Positions 30,342-40,270 of a stretch of DNA of 64,000 bases are shown piece after piece (the first letter of the stretch is position 1; every line of letters starts with the position of its first letter). The DNA is from Promethearchaeota archaeon (GTDB lineage: Archaea; Asgardarchaeota; Thorarchaeia; Thorarchaeales; Thorarchaeaceae): assembly GCA_014728035.1 (NCBI GenBank), contig WJMJ01000079.1, positions 1 through 64,000 on the forward strand, given 5' to 3'. The notes under the pieces were generated by a model. That model was not told where the DNA came from and did not search any database. It saw only the letters and a program-made list of their open reading frames with translations. The position numbers were made by a program, and so were the translations under genes.

Positions 30342-30980
30342 ATGCAAGAGATTGTGCAAATTATTACAGATCTTATTTATCAGGGTTATCTTGGTCTGTT
30401 TATTGCTTGTTTTATCATTAACATGATACCTTTCCTATCCCCCTCCAATATGGTTCTCGCTGGTGTTGCTTCGTTATTAGTTCCTTCAATGCATTGGGTT
30501 CCTATTGGTATAATTGTTGCAATCTCTGCGACTATTGCAAAATCTATTCATTATTATGTAGTACGTGGTTCTCGAATGGTTCTCTCAGAAGAGAGAGTTC
30601 AGATGTTGGAGAAAGAGAAGGAACGGGTTGAAAAATATGGAGCTTTAGCTCTATTCATCGCTGCTGCTTCTCCAGTTCCCGATGATCCACTAATCGTTTA
30701 TGTTGGTCTCACCAAATATAATTTCGGAAAATTCCTAATTAGTTATTTTGTAGGAAAAGTGGCAGTAACACTTGCAGGAGCATTAATTGGGTATTCAATT
30801 GGTTCATATTTCGAATCAGCTCCAATTGTAATCGCATCGATTGCATTGACCGCTCTTATTACTGGTATTCTATTCAAACGGAAAACTGAAGATGAAGAAT
30901 CAGACATGTTGCAAGATTACGTTGAATCTGCGACACAACCTCAGTCTAAAGATTCCAAACAAGATTTGGAATATGAATGA
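30342..30980 (+). CDS. DedA/VTT-domain membrane protein
   Basis: GYLGLF...NMIPF and LFIAAASPVPDD...GK follow the VTT pattern. Confidence 0.82.
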   Translation: MQEIVQIITDLIYQGYLGLFIACFIINMIPFLSPSNMVLAGVASLLVPSMHWVPIGIIVAISATIAKSIHYYVVRGSRMVLSEERVQMLEKEKERVEKYGALALFIAAASPVPDDPLIVYVGLTKYNFGKFLISYFVGKVAVTLAGALIGYSIGSYFESAPIVIASIALTALITGILFKRKTEDEESDMLQDYVESATQPQSKDSKQDLEYE

Positions 30981-31049
30981 AAACAAGAAATGTTCACGGT
31001 TCGTAACTCTTAAGAACCTTACAAGATTCATTTCCTCAGATGGTGTTTT

Positions 31050-31445
31050 ATGACTGGAACTAGCACAACTGAAGTCACTTGTGTCAAATGCAAACGAGTT
31101 TATGAAACAGAAGTCATTGACCACATTGACCTTTCAGAAGATCGCGAACTCATCAGAAAAATAAAATCCGGAAAAGCGAATCGGGTGCAGTGTCCAAAGT
31201 GCAAAAAAGTCATGTATCTTGATCGCAGCTTTGTGATAAATTTCGAACCTCAGAATCTAATTGTTCTATTTGACCCTCATTTGAAGAATAAAGCAGATAT
31301 TGATAATATCATGAGGAGTTATGAAAGTATAATTAGCTTCAATGAGATTTTCGTAGAAGTAGGAGCTGAGACAGAATTTAAAGTGATAAGCGACCTCAAG
31401 AAATTGAAATCACTTATCACTAATTATGCTAAGTTGTATATGTGA
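31050..31445 (+). CDS. CpXC-type zinc-binding domain protein
   Basis: CVKC...I.SG..N...CPKC...DP spacing is typical of CpXC. Confidence 0.7.
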   Translation: MTGTSTTEVTCVKCKRVYETEVIDHIDLSEDRELIRKIKSGKANRVQCPKCKKVMYLDRSFVINFEPQNLIVLFDPHLKNKADIDNIMRSYESIISFNEIFVEVGAETEFKVISDLKKLKSLITNYAKLYM

Positions 31446-31447
31446 TC

Positions 31448-32551
31448 TCAGAGTTTTCTCTTTCCCAATAGGAATTCTTCAACCCATCTCTCTGCACGGT
31501 ACATTGTAGTGGGTGTTGGAGGCATTTTGAATCCGTAAGCTGATATCGATTCTAATGCACCTCCTATCCCTCTTTTTAGGGCTAGTTTAGTTCCACGAAT
31601 GGCATCCATGAGGATTGGTCCAGCGTTAGGACCATCAGTGACCTCCATTCGAATATCAATTTTTATTGGCGCTCCACCAAATTGTCTTCCATGAATGTAG
31701 AAATACGAATCTCTTGCATTGTCCATGAACGGTACAAAGTCAGATGATCCTGCTACCAGTGGTGCATCATAAGGAAGATCCTGGCTTATCGCCCCACTCT
31801 TTACACCCCTTTTTCTCATTCGCCCTCGATAATGTGAGTCCAGCGATTCTGCTCCACCTCCAACATCCAACTGGTAACTTTTGTCAACTTTTACCCCGCG
31901 TGCAACTAGTAACTGCAGAATATTTCTGTGAAGAACAGTTGATCCAAGTTGGTCCTGAATATCATCTCCGACCAATGGGATTCCTTTTTCTTCAAATTTC
32001 TTTGCCCATTCTGGGTCAGAAGCAATTCTAATTGGCACTCCATTTATGAAAGCTATACCTGCATCAAGACATGCTTGTGCATAGAATTTTGTTGCTTCCT
32101 CTGCAGAACCTGGAAGAAGACAAATTCCCATTTCTGCACCAGAATCTTTCAGAATTTTACCTACATCCTCCTCAGATTCTTTTGAGACCTTAGCTAAGAC
32201 CTGAAGCTTCTCATCAACTCCATCTTTGATTGGACCCTTTGAAACCTTCAATCCCATCTTTCCAATTTTTGCAAAACGCATTACATTGTTGGGGTCTGCA
32301 AAGATTGCTTCAGATAAATCTACTCCAACTTTGCCTTCAACAACGTCAAAGGCAGCAACGAACTTGATATCTTCAACATGATATCCTGCAAAATCTGGGT
32401 GATTAAGTCCTATACTGTCGTCTCCCGCTCGTGTGTTCTTATAGTATTCCACTCCCTGGATGAGAGCGCTAGCGCAATTTCCTATACCAAATAATGCTAC
32501 CTTTATTCCGTTCAATTGTATAACCTCTTTTATGATAGAGGAATCTAACAA
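31448..32551 (-). CDS. ino1: Myo-inositol-1-phosphate synthase
   Basis: GIGNCASALIQG, FVAAFDV, FINGVP, GDDIQDQLGST and DGPNAG. The real start is probably a TTG ~12 codons further in. Confidence 0.9.
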   Translation of the reverse strand: MLDSSIIKEVIQLNGIKVALFGIGNCASALIQGVEYYKNTRAGDDSIGLNHPDFAGYHVEDIKFVAAFDVVEGKVGVDLSEAIFADPNNVMRFAKIGKMGLKVSKGPIKDGVDEKLQVLAKVSKESEEDVGKILKDSGAEMGICLLPGSAEEATKFYAQACLDAGIAFINGVPIRIASDPEWAKKFEEKGIPLVGDDIQDQLGSTVLHRNILQLLVARGVKVDKSYQLDVGGGAESLDSHYRGRMRKRGVKSGAISQDLPYDAPLVAGSSDFVPFMDNARDSYFYIHGRQFGGAPIKIDIRMEVTDGPNAGPILMDAIRGTKLALKRGIGGALESISAYGFKMPPTPTTMYRAERWVEEFLLGKRKL

Positions 32552-32713
32552 ATTGACGATGGCACATCTTTTAAAGTTTTATGACCATAGAATAGTCGAG
32601 TTATCAAGTAATCTCCAATTACACCGTCAACTGTAGAATTCTTGTATGAGCTAATATCATTGAATATGTTGTACTGGTTAATTGATATTTTTAGCTAATT
32701 GATTGTGGATAGC

Positions 32714-32727
32714 TAACACTTATAGAG
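32714..32727 (+). promoter_or_regulatory. Archaeal BRE/TATA element for the downstream RNA
   Basis: TTATAGAG at 32720-32727 begins 29 nt before the first paired base of the structured element. Confidence 0.55.
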
Positions 32728-32748
32728 ATATGATTCCATACTATACAT

Positions 32749-32963
32749 GGACGCACGGATGATCCCGTTGCTCTTCATATCGTTCAATGAATGATATGAC
32801 CGATTTGCAGAAGTCTATGTGAATGTCCTGGATGGAGATTTACCTCTCACCTGATGGTTCAGAGAAGGATGGCAGCAAGTTGGTAACGAGCCTTTACGTT
32901 CATAATGAGGGTGGACCTCAAGTCCATAAATGGACTACCAAGTTTGTGGGATTGCCTGCGTCC
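32749..32963 (+). ncRNA. Unclassified structured non-coding RNA (~215 nt)
   Basis: Terminal stem GGACGCA/TGCGTCC, several nested helices, an upstream TATA box and a downstream TCTTTTT, in an interval with no long ORF. Confidence 0.7.
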
Positions 32964-33032
32964 TCTTTTTGTTGAAATGCAATTTCTAAAAAATGATATA
33001 TGATGCACCGAAAATACAGTGCATCGTTTCTT

Positions 33033-34193
33033 CTATTCTAGACTCTTGGCTAAAAGGTCAACCACATCGACAACACCAATGCTGCTTTCGGCCATCTTCT
33101 TCCCAGAAAGTAGGTTATTTTCACAAAAAGGACAAGCTGTCGCAATGATGGATGCACCAGTGTCTTCTGCTGAACGTATTCTATCCGCACCTATTTTTTT
33201 CGAGAGTTCTGAATCGTATGAACGTAGGCCTCCACCTGCTCCACAGCAAATAGCAGTTTCACGAATTGTGTCCATCTCAACAAGCTCAACGCCAGGTATA
33301 GCTTTGAGAACTTCTCTTGGACTATCATAAACACCAAGTTCTCTACCCATGTGACACGGGTCGTGATATGTAACTGTCACATTCTCAATCTCTTTTGGTT
33401 GCAATTTCCCTGTTTTGATTAATTCTTCTGCGTATTCCAAAATATGCAAGGTTTCAGGGAGTTCAATATCAAATCGTTCCGGGTAATCTTTGCGAAGCGT
33501 TTTCAAACACCCTGCACAGGAAACAATGATTTTTTCAGCTCCTGATTCTTTAATTGATTGTTCTACTTTCTCTGCGTTTCTCTTTGCTTCATCAACTTTT
33601 CCAGTTCTGATCATAACCGAGCCACAACAAGGTTCATCCTCTAGTATTGCAAAATCTACGTTACTAGCTTTAAGGATGGTAGCTGTATGTCTAGCTGCTG
33701 CTGGCAAGCGCATTCCTGCTGTACAACCGACGTAATAGAGAATCTTTCCAGTTTTAGGAACACTAAATCCTAATTCTTCAATCCATCTTCTTTTTTCTGA
33801 ATTATCCTCAGAATATGGATTATCATTAATGAGGATTTTTTCAGTTAGGCTATCACGGATTTCGTTTGGGATGTCACTTAGCACCTGTCTGACCTGTTCT
33901 AGACTCTCAGCAGGATTGAATTCAGCAGCACAAATCTGAGTGCAGTTCCCACAAAGTGTGCATTGAAACAATGATTCCGCATTTTCAGGAGTCTTATCAA
34001 GCTCACCATTCAATAGAGCAAGGGCCACCTGAATTTTGCCACGCATAAAACTGGTTTCAAATCCGCTGGAATTCTTCCAAACCGGACAAATACCATCAAA
34101 TCCTTTAGCCTCATACACTGCATTTCTGCAAATACCACATCTTCTGCATTGCAAAAGTTCTTCCTTAAGATATTCTAGGTCTATCTCAGTCAT
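33033..34193 (-). CDS. Fe-S oxidoreductase (GlcF/HdrD-like, CCG domains)
   Basis: CRRCGIC, CTLCGNCTQIC, CCG, YHDPCH, CCGAGGG and ACPFC. Confidence 0.92.
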   Translation of the reverse strand: MTEIDLEYLKEELLQCRRCGICRNAVYEAKGFDGICPVWKNSSGFETSFMRGKIQVALALLNGELDKTPENAESLFQCTLCGNCTQICAAEFNPAESLEQVRQVLSDIPNEIRDSLTEKILINDNPYSEDNSEKRRWIEELGFSVPKTGKILYYVGCTAGMRLPAAARHTATILKASNVDFAILEDEPCCGSVMIRTGKVDEAKRNAEKVEQSIKESGAEKIIVSCAGCLKTLRKDYPERFDIELPETLHILEYAEELIKTGKLQPKEIENVTVTYHDPCHMGRELGVYDSPREVLKAIPGVELVEMDTIRETAICCGAGGGLRSYDSELSKKIGADRIRSAEDTGASIIATACPFCENNLLSGKKMAESSIGVVDVVDLLAKSLE

Positions 34194-34194
34194 C

Positions 34195-35601
34195 TCAAAG
34201 ACCTCCTAATACTCCAGGATTCATTATTCCATTTGGATCAAGTGTTCTCTTCAAAGACTCAATAAACTTCAAGTAATCCTTCATCTCTTCAACACCCTCA
34301 ATCCAATATGGTGCCAATTTGAATGGTACTGCACCAGTTTTGAATAACCTCTTTGACAATTCCACATGAGCTTTCTTCACTTTCTCCTCTTCTTCTTTAT
34401 CTGTTGGATCAAAATAGAGATGCGGATAGAAATTGTAACTGGCATGGCCTGTTTGGAAACCAGCAGTATGACCTAAGAGTCCGTATTCATCCATTACTTC
34501 CCAAATTGCTTTAATTGAGGCATGCCAATTTGATGGAGTTTGATGATGGTATAGTATTCTCCAGTGCCATCCGTGAGCATATGATGATCTGGCAAATGTA
34601 CGCATTCTATCATCCCATTCACCTCTAGGTAGTTGAGATATTCCAATAACATGCCCTTCCAGCTCTTTACAGATTTTTGAGGCTATGACAACATCTGATT
34701 CCAATTGGTCTTTTCTAATTCTTCCAATGGTCATTGATACTGTATAAGCAGGCCATTCATGCTCAGGAATTTCATATTCCTCTCCCAACATATCCATGAA
34801 AAAGTTCAGAATTCTGCCTTCATATATTGACGCAAATACTGTATTAACATCGTTCTCTTTCAATTCGATGAGAAACTTTTCAGCTTGTTCAGATGAATCA
34901 AAACCATATGTTTCATAGTGAAAATGTTTCATACGTCTCTTGATTTTCATTGATACATTTGTTATTATACCTAGGCTACCCAAAGAACCGATGAAGAGTC
35001 CAGTCACATCTGGCCCAAAAGCATATCTAAGAAAGGGACCTGGTGCATCTGGGTTTGCTTCTGAGCCTGTCTGAATTATTGTTCCGTCTGGCAATACAAC
35101 TTCTAATCCAAGAACAAGTTCAGCAATACATCCTTCTGATGAAGAGCCCGGACCAGCTCCATTTACTGCAACATTTCCAACTATAGTACATACTAATGAC
35201 GATTCAGGATAAACTGGCAACCACAAGTTGTGTTTGTTTAGATATTTATCAAGCATTCCAAAGGTCACTCCAGCTCCGACCTTAATGGACCTAAGATCTT
35301 CAAATAGCTCGATATCATCCAATCTCATTAGCTCTACAACAATGCTGCCTTTCTTTGGTATAACTTCACCTTGAAGGCTTGAACCTCCTGACCTTGCAAC
35401 CACTGGTATTTTGTGTCTATTTGCAAGTTTTAGTATAGCTGCTACTTGTTCAGTATTCGCTGGTCTCACAACTGCATCTGGTAATACCGAGTCATATCCT
35501 GTTGATGCAGAAGCTGAATATGTAAGCAGAACATCGGGACGTGTTGAAACATAATCTGTTCCTACTATCTCGATTAACTCCGAAATAACTTTTCCATCCA
35601 C
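34195..35601 (-). CDS. FAD-binding oxidoreductase (GlcD / D-lactate dehydrogenase / VAO family)
   Basis: PDAVVRP, RSGGSSLQG, GLEVVLPDG, GSLGSLGIIT and LDPNGIMNPG. Confidence 0.9.
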   Translation of the reverse strand: MDGKVISELIEIVGTDYVSTRPDVLLTYSASASTGYDSVLPDAVVRPANTEQVAAILKLANRHKIPVVARSGGSSLQGEVIPKKGSIVVELMRLDDIELFEDLRSIKVGAGVTFGMLDKYLNKHNLWLPVYPESSLVCTIVGNVAVNGAGPGSSSEGCIAELVLGLEVVLPDGTIIQTGSEANPDAPGPFLRYAFGPDVTGLFIGSLGSLGIITNVSMKIKRRMKHFHYETYGFDSSEQAEKFLIELKENDVNTVFASIYEGRILNFFMDMLGEEYEIPEHEWPAYTVSMTIGRIRKDQLESDVVIASKICKELEGHVIGISQLPRGEWDDRMRTFARSSYAHGWHWRILYHHQTPSNWHASIKAIWEVMDEYGLLGHTAGFQTGHASYNFYPHLYFDPTDKEEEEKVKKAHVELSKRLFKTGAVPFKLAPYWIEGVEEMKDYLKFIESLKRTLDPNGIMNPGVLGGL

Positions 35602-35619
35602 ATGGAAACCTCCTTTTAC

Positions 35620-35946
35620 CTAGAAAATGTGACGAATCTTCATTAAATCGCTGGCGGATCCCTTGACCTTAAGCTTTCGTCGAAGTAATGCTGAAGCTGC
35701 ACTCATCTCTTCAAGGAATAGCTTTCTAATTGTTTTTTCATCACTTTTAATTCGCATATCTGGGTTGTCTATTGGACCTTCATCCACCATTATAGTATTA
35801 TCTTTGACAGTGAAGTGGAATTTCTCCCCACTTTTGAGAGTGAGTAATGCTACTCGTTCCCAACCATCGATAGCTTTGATTGTTTCCTCTCGTTCCAGTC
35901 CGATAGTTATTCTTTCTCTCATTAATTCAAGAAGTTCTTGGCTCAT
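35620..35946 (-). CDS. SCP2 sterol/lipid-binding domain protein
   Basis: PDMRIKSD...SAASALLRRKLKVKGS is the SCP2 C-terminal pattern. Confidence 0.85.
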   Translation of the reverse strand: MSQELLELMRERITIGLEREETIKAIDGWERVALLTLKSGEKFHFTVKDNTIMVDEGPIDNPDMRIKSDEKTIRKLFLEEMSAASALLRRKLKVKGSASDLMKIRHIF

Positions 35947-36114
35947 TATGGTATCACCTTGTGAATGCCAAACCTTGCATTGGAGGTTTTAGTTGTTTTG
36001 CTATGAACTGATAAAGATTCGACATTTGCCGAATTATTTCATCTATGGTATATCTTTTTTATTAGAGCCATAATAACAGTGATAAGAGCTTGATAGATTT
36101 CCAGAGTGAGCTAA

Positions 36115-36654
36115 ATGGCATCACATGATACTACCGAAGAGCGTCCAGATGAGTTAGAAGTTGAATTGAGTGAATGGTCAAAGGCCGATAGTCTAAAAGA
36201 GTCCATTCATATGTTTATTTCTCATCACCCTCCTTCACTCTATAGTCATTGTCTCCGAGTACAGGTATTAGGTCGGTCAATCTATTTTTGTGGTCGGTGT
36301 ACGGGAATTTATGGTGGGCTTGGATTGGGAATTCTTGGACTAGTCATGCTGAATATTCAATTAACTCCAGACTGGCTTTGGTTTCTTGTAGCTCTTGTGT
36401 TTGGTCATGCAACAGTTGTAGACTGGATGAGTCAAAGATTAACCCCAAGAAAAACAACTAATTTGATCCGTGCTTCAACTGGTTTTTTGAGTGGGTTGGG
36501 GTTAGCTATCGTTTTCCTTCTTGCTAATCTTTTCTTCATGCTGGCAGCCTTAGCTGTAATGAGTGCATCAATTGGTATTGTTAGTATTCTTGAAAACAGG
36601 ATGAAGTCGAACTCTGAGAAAACGCAGTTCCAAGAACCTGAAATCCTAGAATAG
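36115..36654 (+). CDS. DUF2085-like membrane protein
   Basis: HH...CGRCTGIYGG, DW.SQ and N..R..TG. Confidence 0.78.
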   Translation: MASHDTTEERPDELEVELSEWSKADSLKESIHMFISHHPPSLYSHCLRVQVLGRSIYFCGRCTGIYGGLGLGILGLVMLNIQLTPDWLWFLVALVFGHATVVDWMSQRLTPRKTTNLIRASTGFLSGLGLAIVFLLANLFFMLAALAVMSASIGIVSILENRMKSNSEKTQFQEPEILE

Positions 36655-36718
36655 GTACAATTTTGAAGTATAGTAAAAGATTTTATCATAAAACCTGTCG
36701 AAACTCTTGTGAGTCGCA

Positions 36719-37855
36719 TTGATTTATGTTGCAAAACCAATCGTAGAATCTGAAGAGATTCAAGCAGTTAAGGAAGTTCTGAAATCTGGGATGTTAGCTG
36801 AAGGCAAAGTATCGAGAGAGTTTGAGAAAAAATACTCGGAATATATCGGTGTTAAATATTCCACCGTGACGAGTAATGGAACAACTGCATTGCATACTGC
36901 ACTTGAAGCCATGAATATACAACCTGGCGATGAAGTGATTACTTCTCCATTTACTTTCATTGCCTCAGCAAATACAATTGCAATGATTGGTGCTATTCCT
37001 ATATTCGTGGATATTGATCCTTTCACTTATAATATCGACCCGGAGTTGATTGAAGCAGCAATTACACCAAAAACGAAAGCAATCATGCCAGTTCATATTT
37101 TTGGAATGCCAGCTGATATGAAACAAATCATGGAGATTGCTGAAAAACACGATTTACTTGTTTTGGAGGATGCATGTCAAGCACATGGGGCTGAAATTGG
37201 GGGGCGTAAAGTTGGTTCATTTGGTGATGCTGCAGCTTTCTCATTTTATGCAACAAAAAATATGATGACTGGCGAAGGTGGAATGATTACCACAAATAAC
37301 GAGGAGCTTTATGATAATGCTACTATGGTGAAAAATCATGGTAGAGGAAAGAAGGGAGGATATAGTCATTTCCAGATAGGTTATAATTTCAGGATGCTCG
37401 ATATAGTTTCTGCCCTTGGTATTGTTCAGCTAGAACGGCTTCCGGATGTAATCCGTGCTCAACGAAAGAATGCTGAAGAATTCTCCAAAGTAGTGAATGA
37501 AATTGATGTCCTTACCCCTCAAAAAGAACTTGATGGAATGAAATCTGCCTATCATGTTTACGCACCTGTTCTAGACTCTGATTATTTAACTCGTGATGAT
37601 GTCATCGACAAATTCAGAAACCATGATATTGGTGCTCGGAGTGTTTATACACTTCCTTGTCACAAGCAGGATACATATCTCAATATCTCTTCTTGGCGAT
37701 GGGCAAAATTTGTTGATTACCCTGACTATTCAAAATTACAGTTACCGAATTCTGAAAGAATTGGAAATCAACATTTCCAAATTCCTTCTCATGCAAGTAT
37801 CAATGAGGATGAGCGTAAACAAATTCTAACAGCTATTCAAGACATCTTCTGTTGA
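36719..37855 (+). CDS. DegT/DnrJ/EryC1/StrS PLP-dependent aminotransferase
   Basis: NGTTALH, EDACQAHGA, SFYATKNMMTGEGG and GYNFRM. Confidence 0.94.
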   Translation: MIYVAKPIVESEEIQAVKEVLKSGMLAEGKVSREFEKKYSEYIGVKYSTVTSNGTTALHTALEAMNIQPGDEVITSPFTFIASANTIAMIGAIPIFVDIDPFTYNIDPELIEAAITPKTKAIMPVHIFGMPADMKQIMEIAEKHDLLVLEDACQAHGAEIGGRKVGSFGDAAAFSFYATKNMMTGEGGMITTNNEELYDNATMVKNHGRGKKGGYSHFQIGYNFRMLDIVSALGIVQLERLPDVIRAQRKNAEEFSKVVNEIDVLTPQKELDGMKSAYHVYAPVLDSDYLTRDDVIDKFRNHDIGARSVYTLPCHKQDTYLNISSWRWAKFVDYPDYSKLQLPNSERIGNQHFQIPSHASINEDERKQILTAIQDIFC

Positions 37856-38500
37856 TTATGAGAAATATTGTAGAACATCTCGAAGATTCTTTGAGCGAAC
37901 TGTTACACTTGCAGCTTCGCTCACTCTATCATTCTCAGGATTGAATGCAATACTGAATTTCGCAAATCTGAAGAGTTCAATGTCATTCTCTCCATCGCCT
38001 ATGCAAGCAAGATTTTCCTGTGATAATCCTCTTTCTTCAAGTACTTCCTTTGCCTTCTGAGCCTTCTGTGGACCCCCCATCACATAGTGTACCTTGCCAT
38101 CATGCTTTCCATCTAATTCACCAAGCACATTGGAGTAAGCAAAATCAAGTCCTAATCTGCGTTGAAAAGGTTCCAAAAAGAACTGACTTACTCCACTAGA
38201 TATGCACCCTACGATATAGCCTCTTTCTTTTAATTCATGAATTGTTTCTACTGAACCTTCCATAAGAGGTATTGATTCAACAATCGGGTTTAATGTGCCA
38301 TCAACCGGAATTCCCTCCCATATCTTAGAGCCTTTGATTATCGATTGTTCTAGAGTTAATCTTTTTGTTTGATTTTCTTTCATTATAGCAATGAATTTCT
38401 CTCCCAATCCTAAGGCATGTGCAACTGGAAATACTGCACTTGGACCATCATATAATACCCCATCAAGATCAAAAGCAATTACTTTGATATTTATCGCCAT
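37856..38500 (-). CDS. HAD-IB hydrolase, phosphoserine phosphatase-like
   Basis: FDLDGVL, ISSG, a conserved Lys and GDGEND. Confidence 0.85.
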   Translation of the reverse strand: MAINIKVIAFDLDGVLYDGPSAVFPVAHALGLGEKFIAIMKENQTKRLTLEQSIIKGSKIWEGIPVDGTLNPIVESIPLMEGSVETIHELKERGYIVGCISSGVSQFFLEPFQRRLGLDFAYSNVLGELDGKHDGKVHYVMGGPQKAQKAKEVLEERGLSQENLACIGDGENDIELFRFAKFSIAFNPENDRVSEAASVTVRSKNLRDVLQYFS

Positions 38501-38517
38501 ATCTCAACATTCCTCTC

Positions 38518-39747
38518 ATGTTACCGACATCGAAGGTTAGCAGGGGAAACAATATTATCCCTTTTGGAATATACAATATTGATTTCGCCATGAATATTAT
38601 CAGAAAACAAAAGAAAGGATTTGGTTCAATAAATCAAGTCAAAAAAAGATTCCAACAGGACAGAAAGGAACGTGACTTATCTTTTGATGTTGGTCGTATG
38701 CCTCGTGATATTCTGGAGAAAATGTTAGTTATTTGTGGCCGAGTTGGGAAAGATAATAGCGACATTTATAGGAAAAAGGCCAAAGCATTAGGTGCAGACT
38801 TTTTAGTTGAAGATTCTGGGTCATGGGTTTTTACTCATAGAACTATCCGTGATAATTATCAACCTGACTTTCATGAAGGTGTCTTACTTATTGGAACCGC
38901 AAAAGAACTACCGTCTACAAGAATTGGTTATCAAGACTCGTATGCATTTACAGACTGGTTTCTTCAAGATATAGAAGGTGATGGTCTACCTGATATCCCG
39001 ATAGGTCGTGTATATGGTCCATCTGAAACCGTCCTTTTCCATATGGATCCGACAATAATTGATAGTGATATTGCAGTTGTTTTTGACTCAGAACCAGGTA
39101 GGTCTATGCGTCACGTGGAAGGTCTAGCTGCGCTTGGATTTGATGTTGAGGTGCTTGAAAGATTTCATGATGACGATAATGAACTCATGGGTGCTAGTGA
39201 ATTCATACTACAATTTTCGGATGGAATGTATACAAAACGAATTCATGGCACACCAGACCGATGGGCATCTCATAATTCAGTAATATTGTCGCATACTCAA
39301 GCAGAGAGTATTGTCTTCAAAGGATATCCTGTGATATTCTCAGAGGCTTGTAGTACTGCCCAGGAGGGACCTTTACTTAGTGCCTTTCTTAATGGTGGTG
39401 CATGTTACATTGGATCCACTCTCGACACCATGAATAACATCGACGAGTATGATGACTGGAAAGATTGTCCTTATGCGGATGGGTGGAAATTTGGATTCTT
39501 GGACTTGTTAGACTCTTATGATCTAATTGGTCAAGTCAAAACACAGGTTGATAGAGAACTATTTTCTAGACTATCTCAGCCTGCAAAGTTACAAATTGAA
39601 GCAATTCGAAGAAGTGATTCCCATGAAATCACCGATGACACTGCTTTATCTGTTGTTGAGTGGGTGTTATATGGAAATCCTCTACGTCGTACAACTGTTG
39701 GTCCGGATGCAGATTATACACCGGGTAGGCTATTAGTTGACACTTAA
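38518..39747 (+). CDS. Peptidase C25 (gingipain-like, clan CD) domain protein
   Basis: DW...DGLPDIPIGR, His-Gly (IHGT), SEACS, GG..YIG and WVLYGNP. The start is uncertain. Confidence 0.6.
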   Translation: MLPTSKVSRGNNIIPFGIYNIDFAMNIIRKQKKGFGSINQVKKRFQQDRKERDLSFDVGRMPRDILEKMLVICGRVGKDNSDIYRKKAKALGADFLVEDSGSWVFTHRTIRDNYQPDFHEGVLLIGTAKELPSTRIGYQDSYAFTDWFLQDIEGDGLPDIPIGRVYGPSETVLFHMDPTIIDSDIAVVFDSEPGRSMRHVEGLAALGFDVEVLERFHDDDNELMGASEFILQFSDGMYTKRIHGTPDRWASHNSVILSHTQAESIVFKGYPVIFSEACSTAQEGPLLSAFLNGGACYIGSTLDTMNNIDEYDDWKDCPYADGWKFGFLDLLDSYDLIGQVKTQVDRELFSRLSQPAKLQIEAIRRSDSHEITDDTALSVVEWVLYGNPLRRTTVGPDADYTPGRLLVDT

Positions 39748-40112
39748 TTGATAACAACTTGTCTACTCTGGTGAAATGACCTCTCACCAATCACACCTCC
39801 TATGAAACCTCCTATCATTGAGAGACCACTCATCATAAGAGCTGCAAATAATAACGTGACAATATCTAGATATTGACCTGTCATAACTTCAGTTATCGCG
39901 AAAATTAAGGTGTATGTTACTAATGAGCTGATGAATGATACTTGTATGCCTTTGTTTCTTGAAGCCAGGAAGTATCCACCTACTAGACCAGCTATTATTG
40001 GTGTGAAGTAGAACAATATGAAAAATAATCCGATATTAAGAAGGATTTGTGAGAAAATCATCGAAACAATCTTTGACCTTGGAATATTTTTTCTAGTATA
40101 ATCGGTTGACAT
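39744..40112 (-). CDS. Small Gly-rich membrane protein (DUF5518-like)
   Basis: Four TM helices with PIIAGLVGGY and IGGFIGG. Confidence 0.72.
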   Translation of the reverse strand: MSTDYTRKNIPRSKIVSMIFSQILLNIGLFFILFYFTPIIAGLVGGYFLASRNKGIQVSFISSLVTYTLIFAITEVMTGQYLDIVTLLFAALMMSGLSMIGGFIGGVIGERSFHQSRQVVIN

Positions 40113-40270
40113 CTTTTTCAGAGCTACCTACCTATTTATGGATATAATAGTATAGTCTTTTGTTTAAAATCCCCCCCAAATATCAGGATAATTCATATAG
40201 CTTTGTTACTCATTAGATGATATATCTGCACGTTCATTATTTTGTAGCGTGGAAAGAGAGGCGAAAAAAA

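Noticed and set aside
32747-32794. 15-codon ORF MDARMIPLLFISFNE at the start of the structured RNA
   Set aside because: Very short, with no supporting features. The base-pairing explains the region better, although a leaderless peptide cannot be fully excluded.
32749-32963. Identification of the structured element as RNase P RNA, SRP RNA or an intron-containing tRNA
   Set aside because: The conserved RNase P CR-I/CR-V, SRP helix-8 and tRNA T-loop sequences were not found on either strand by eye.
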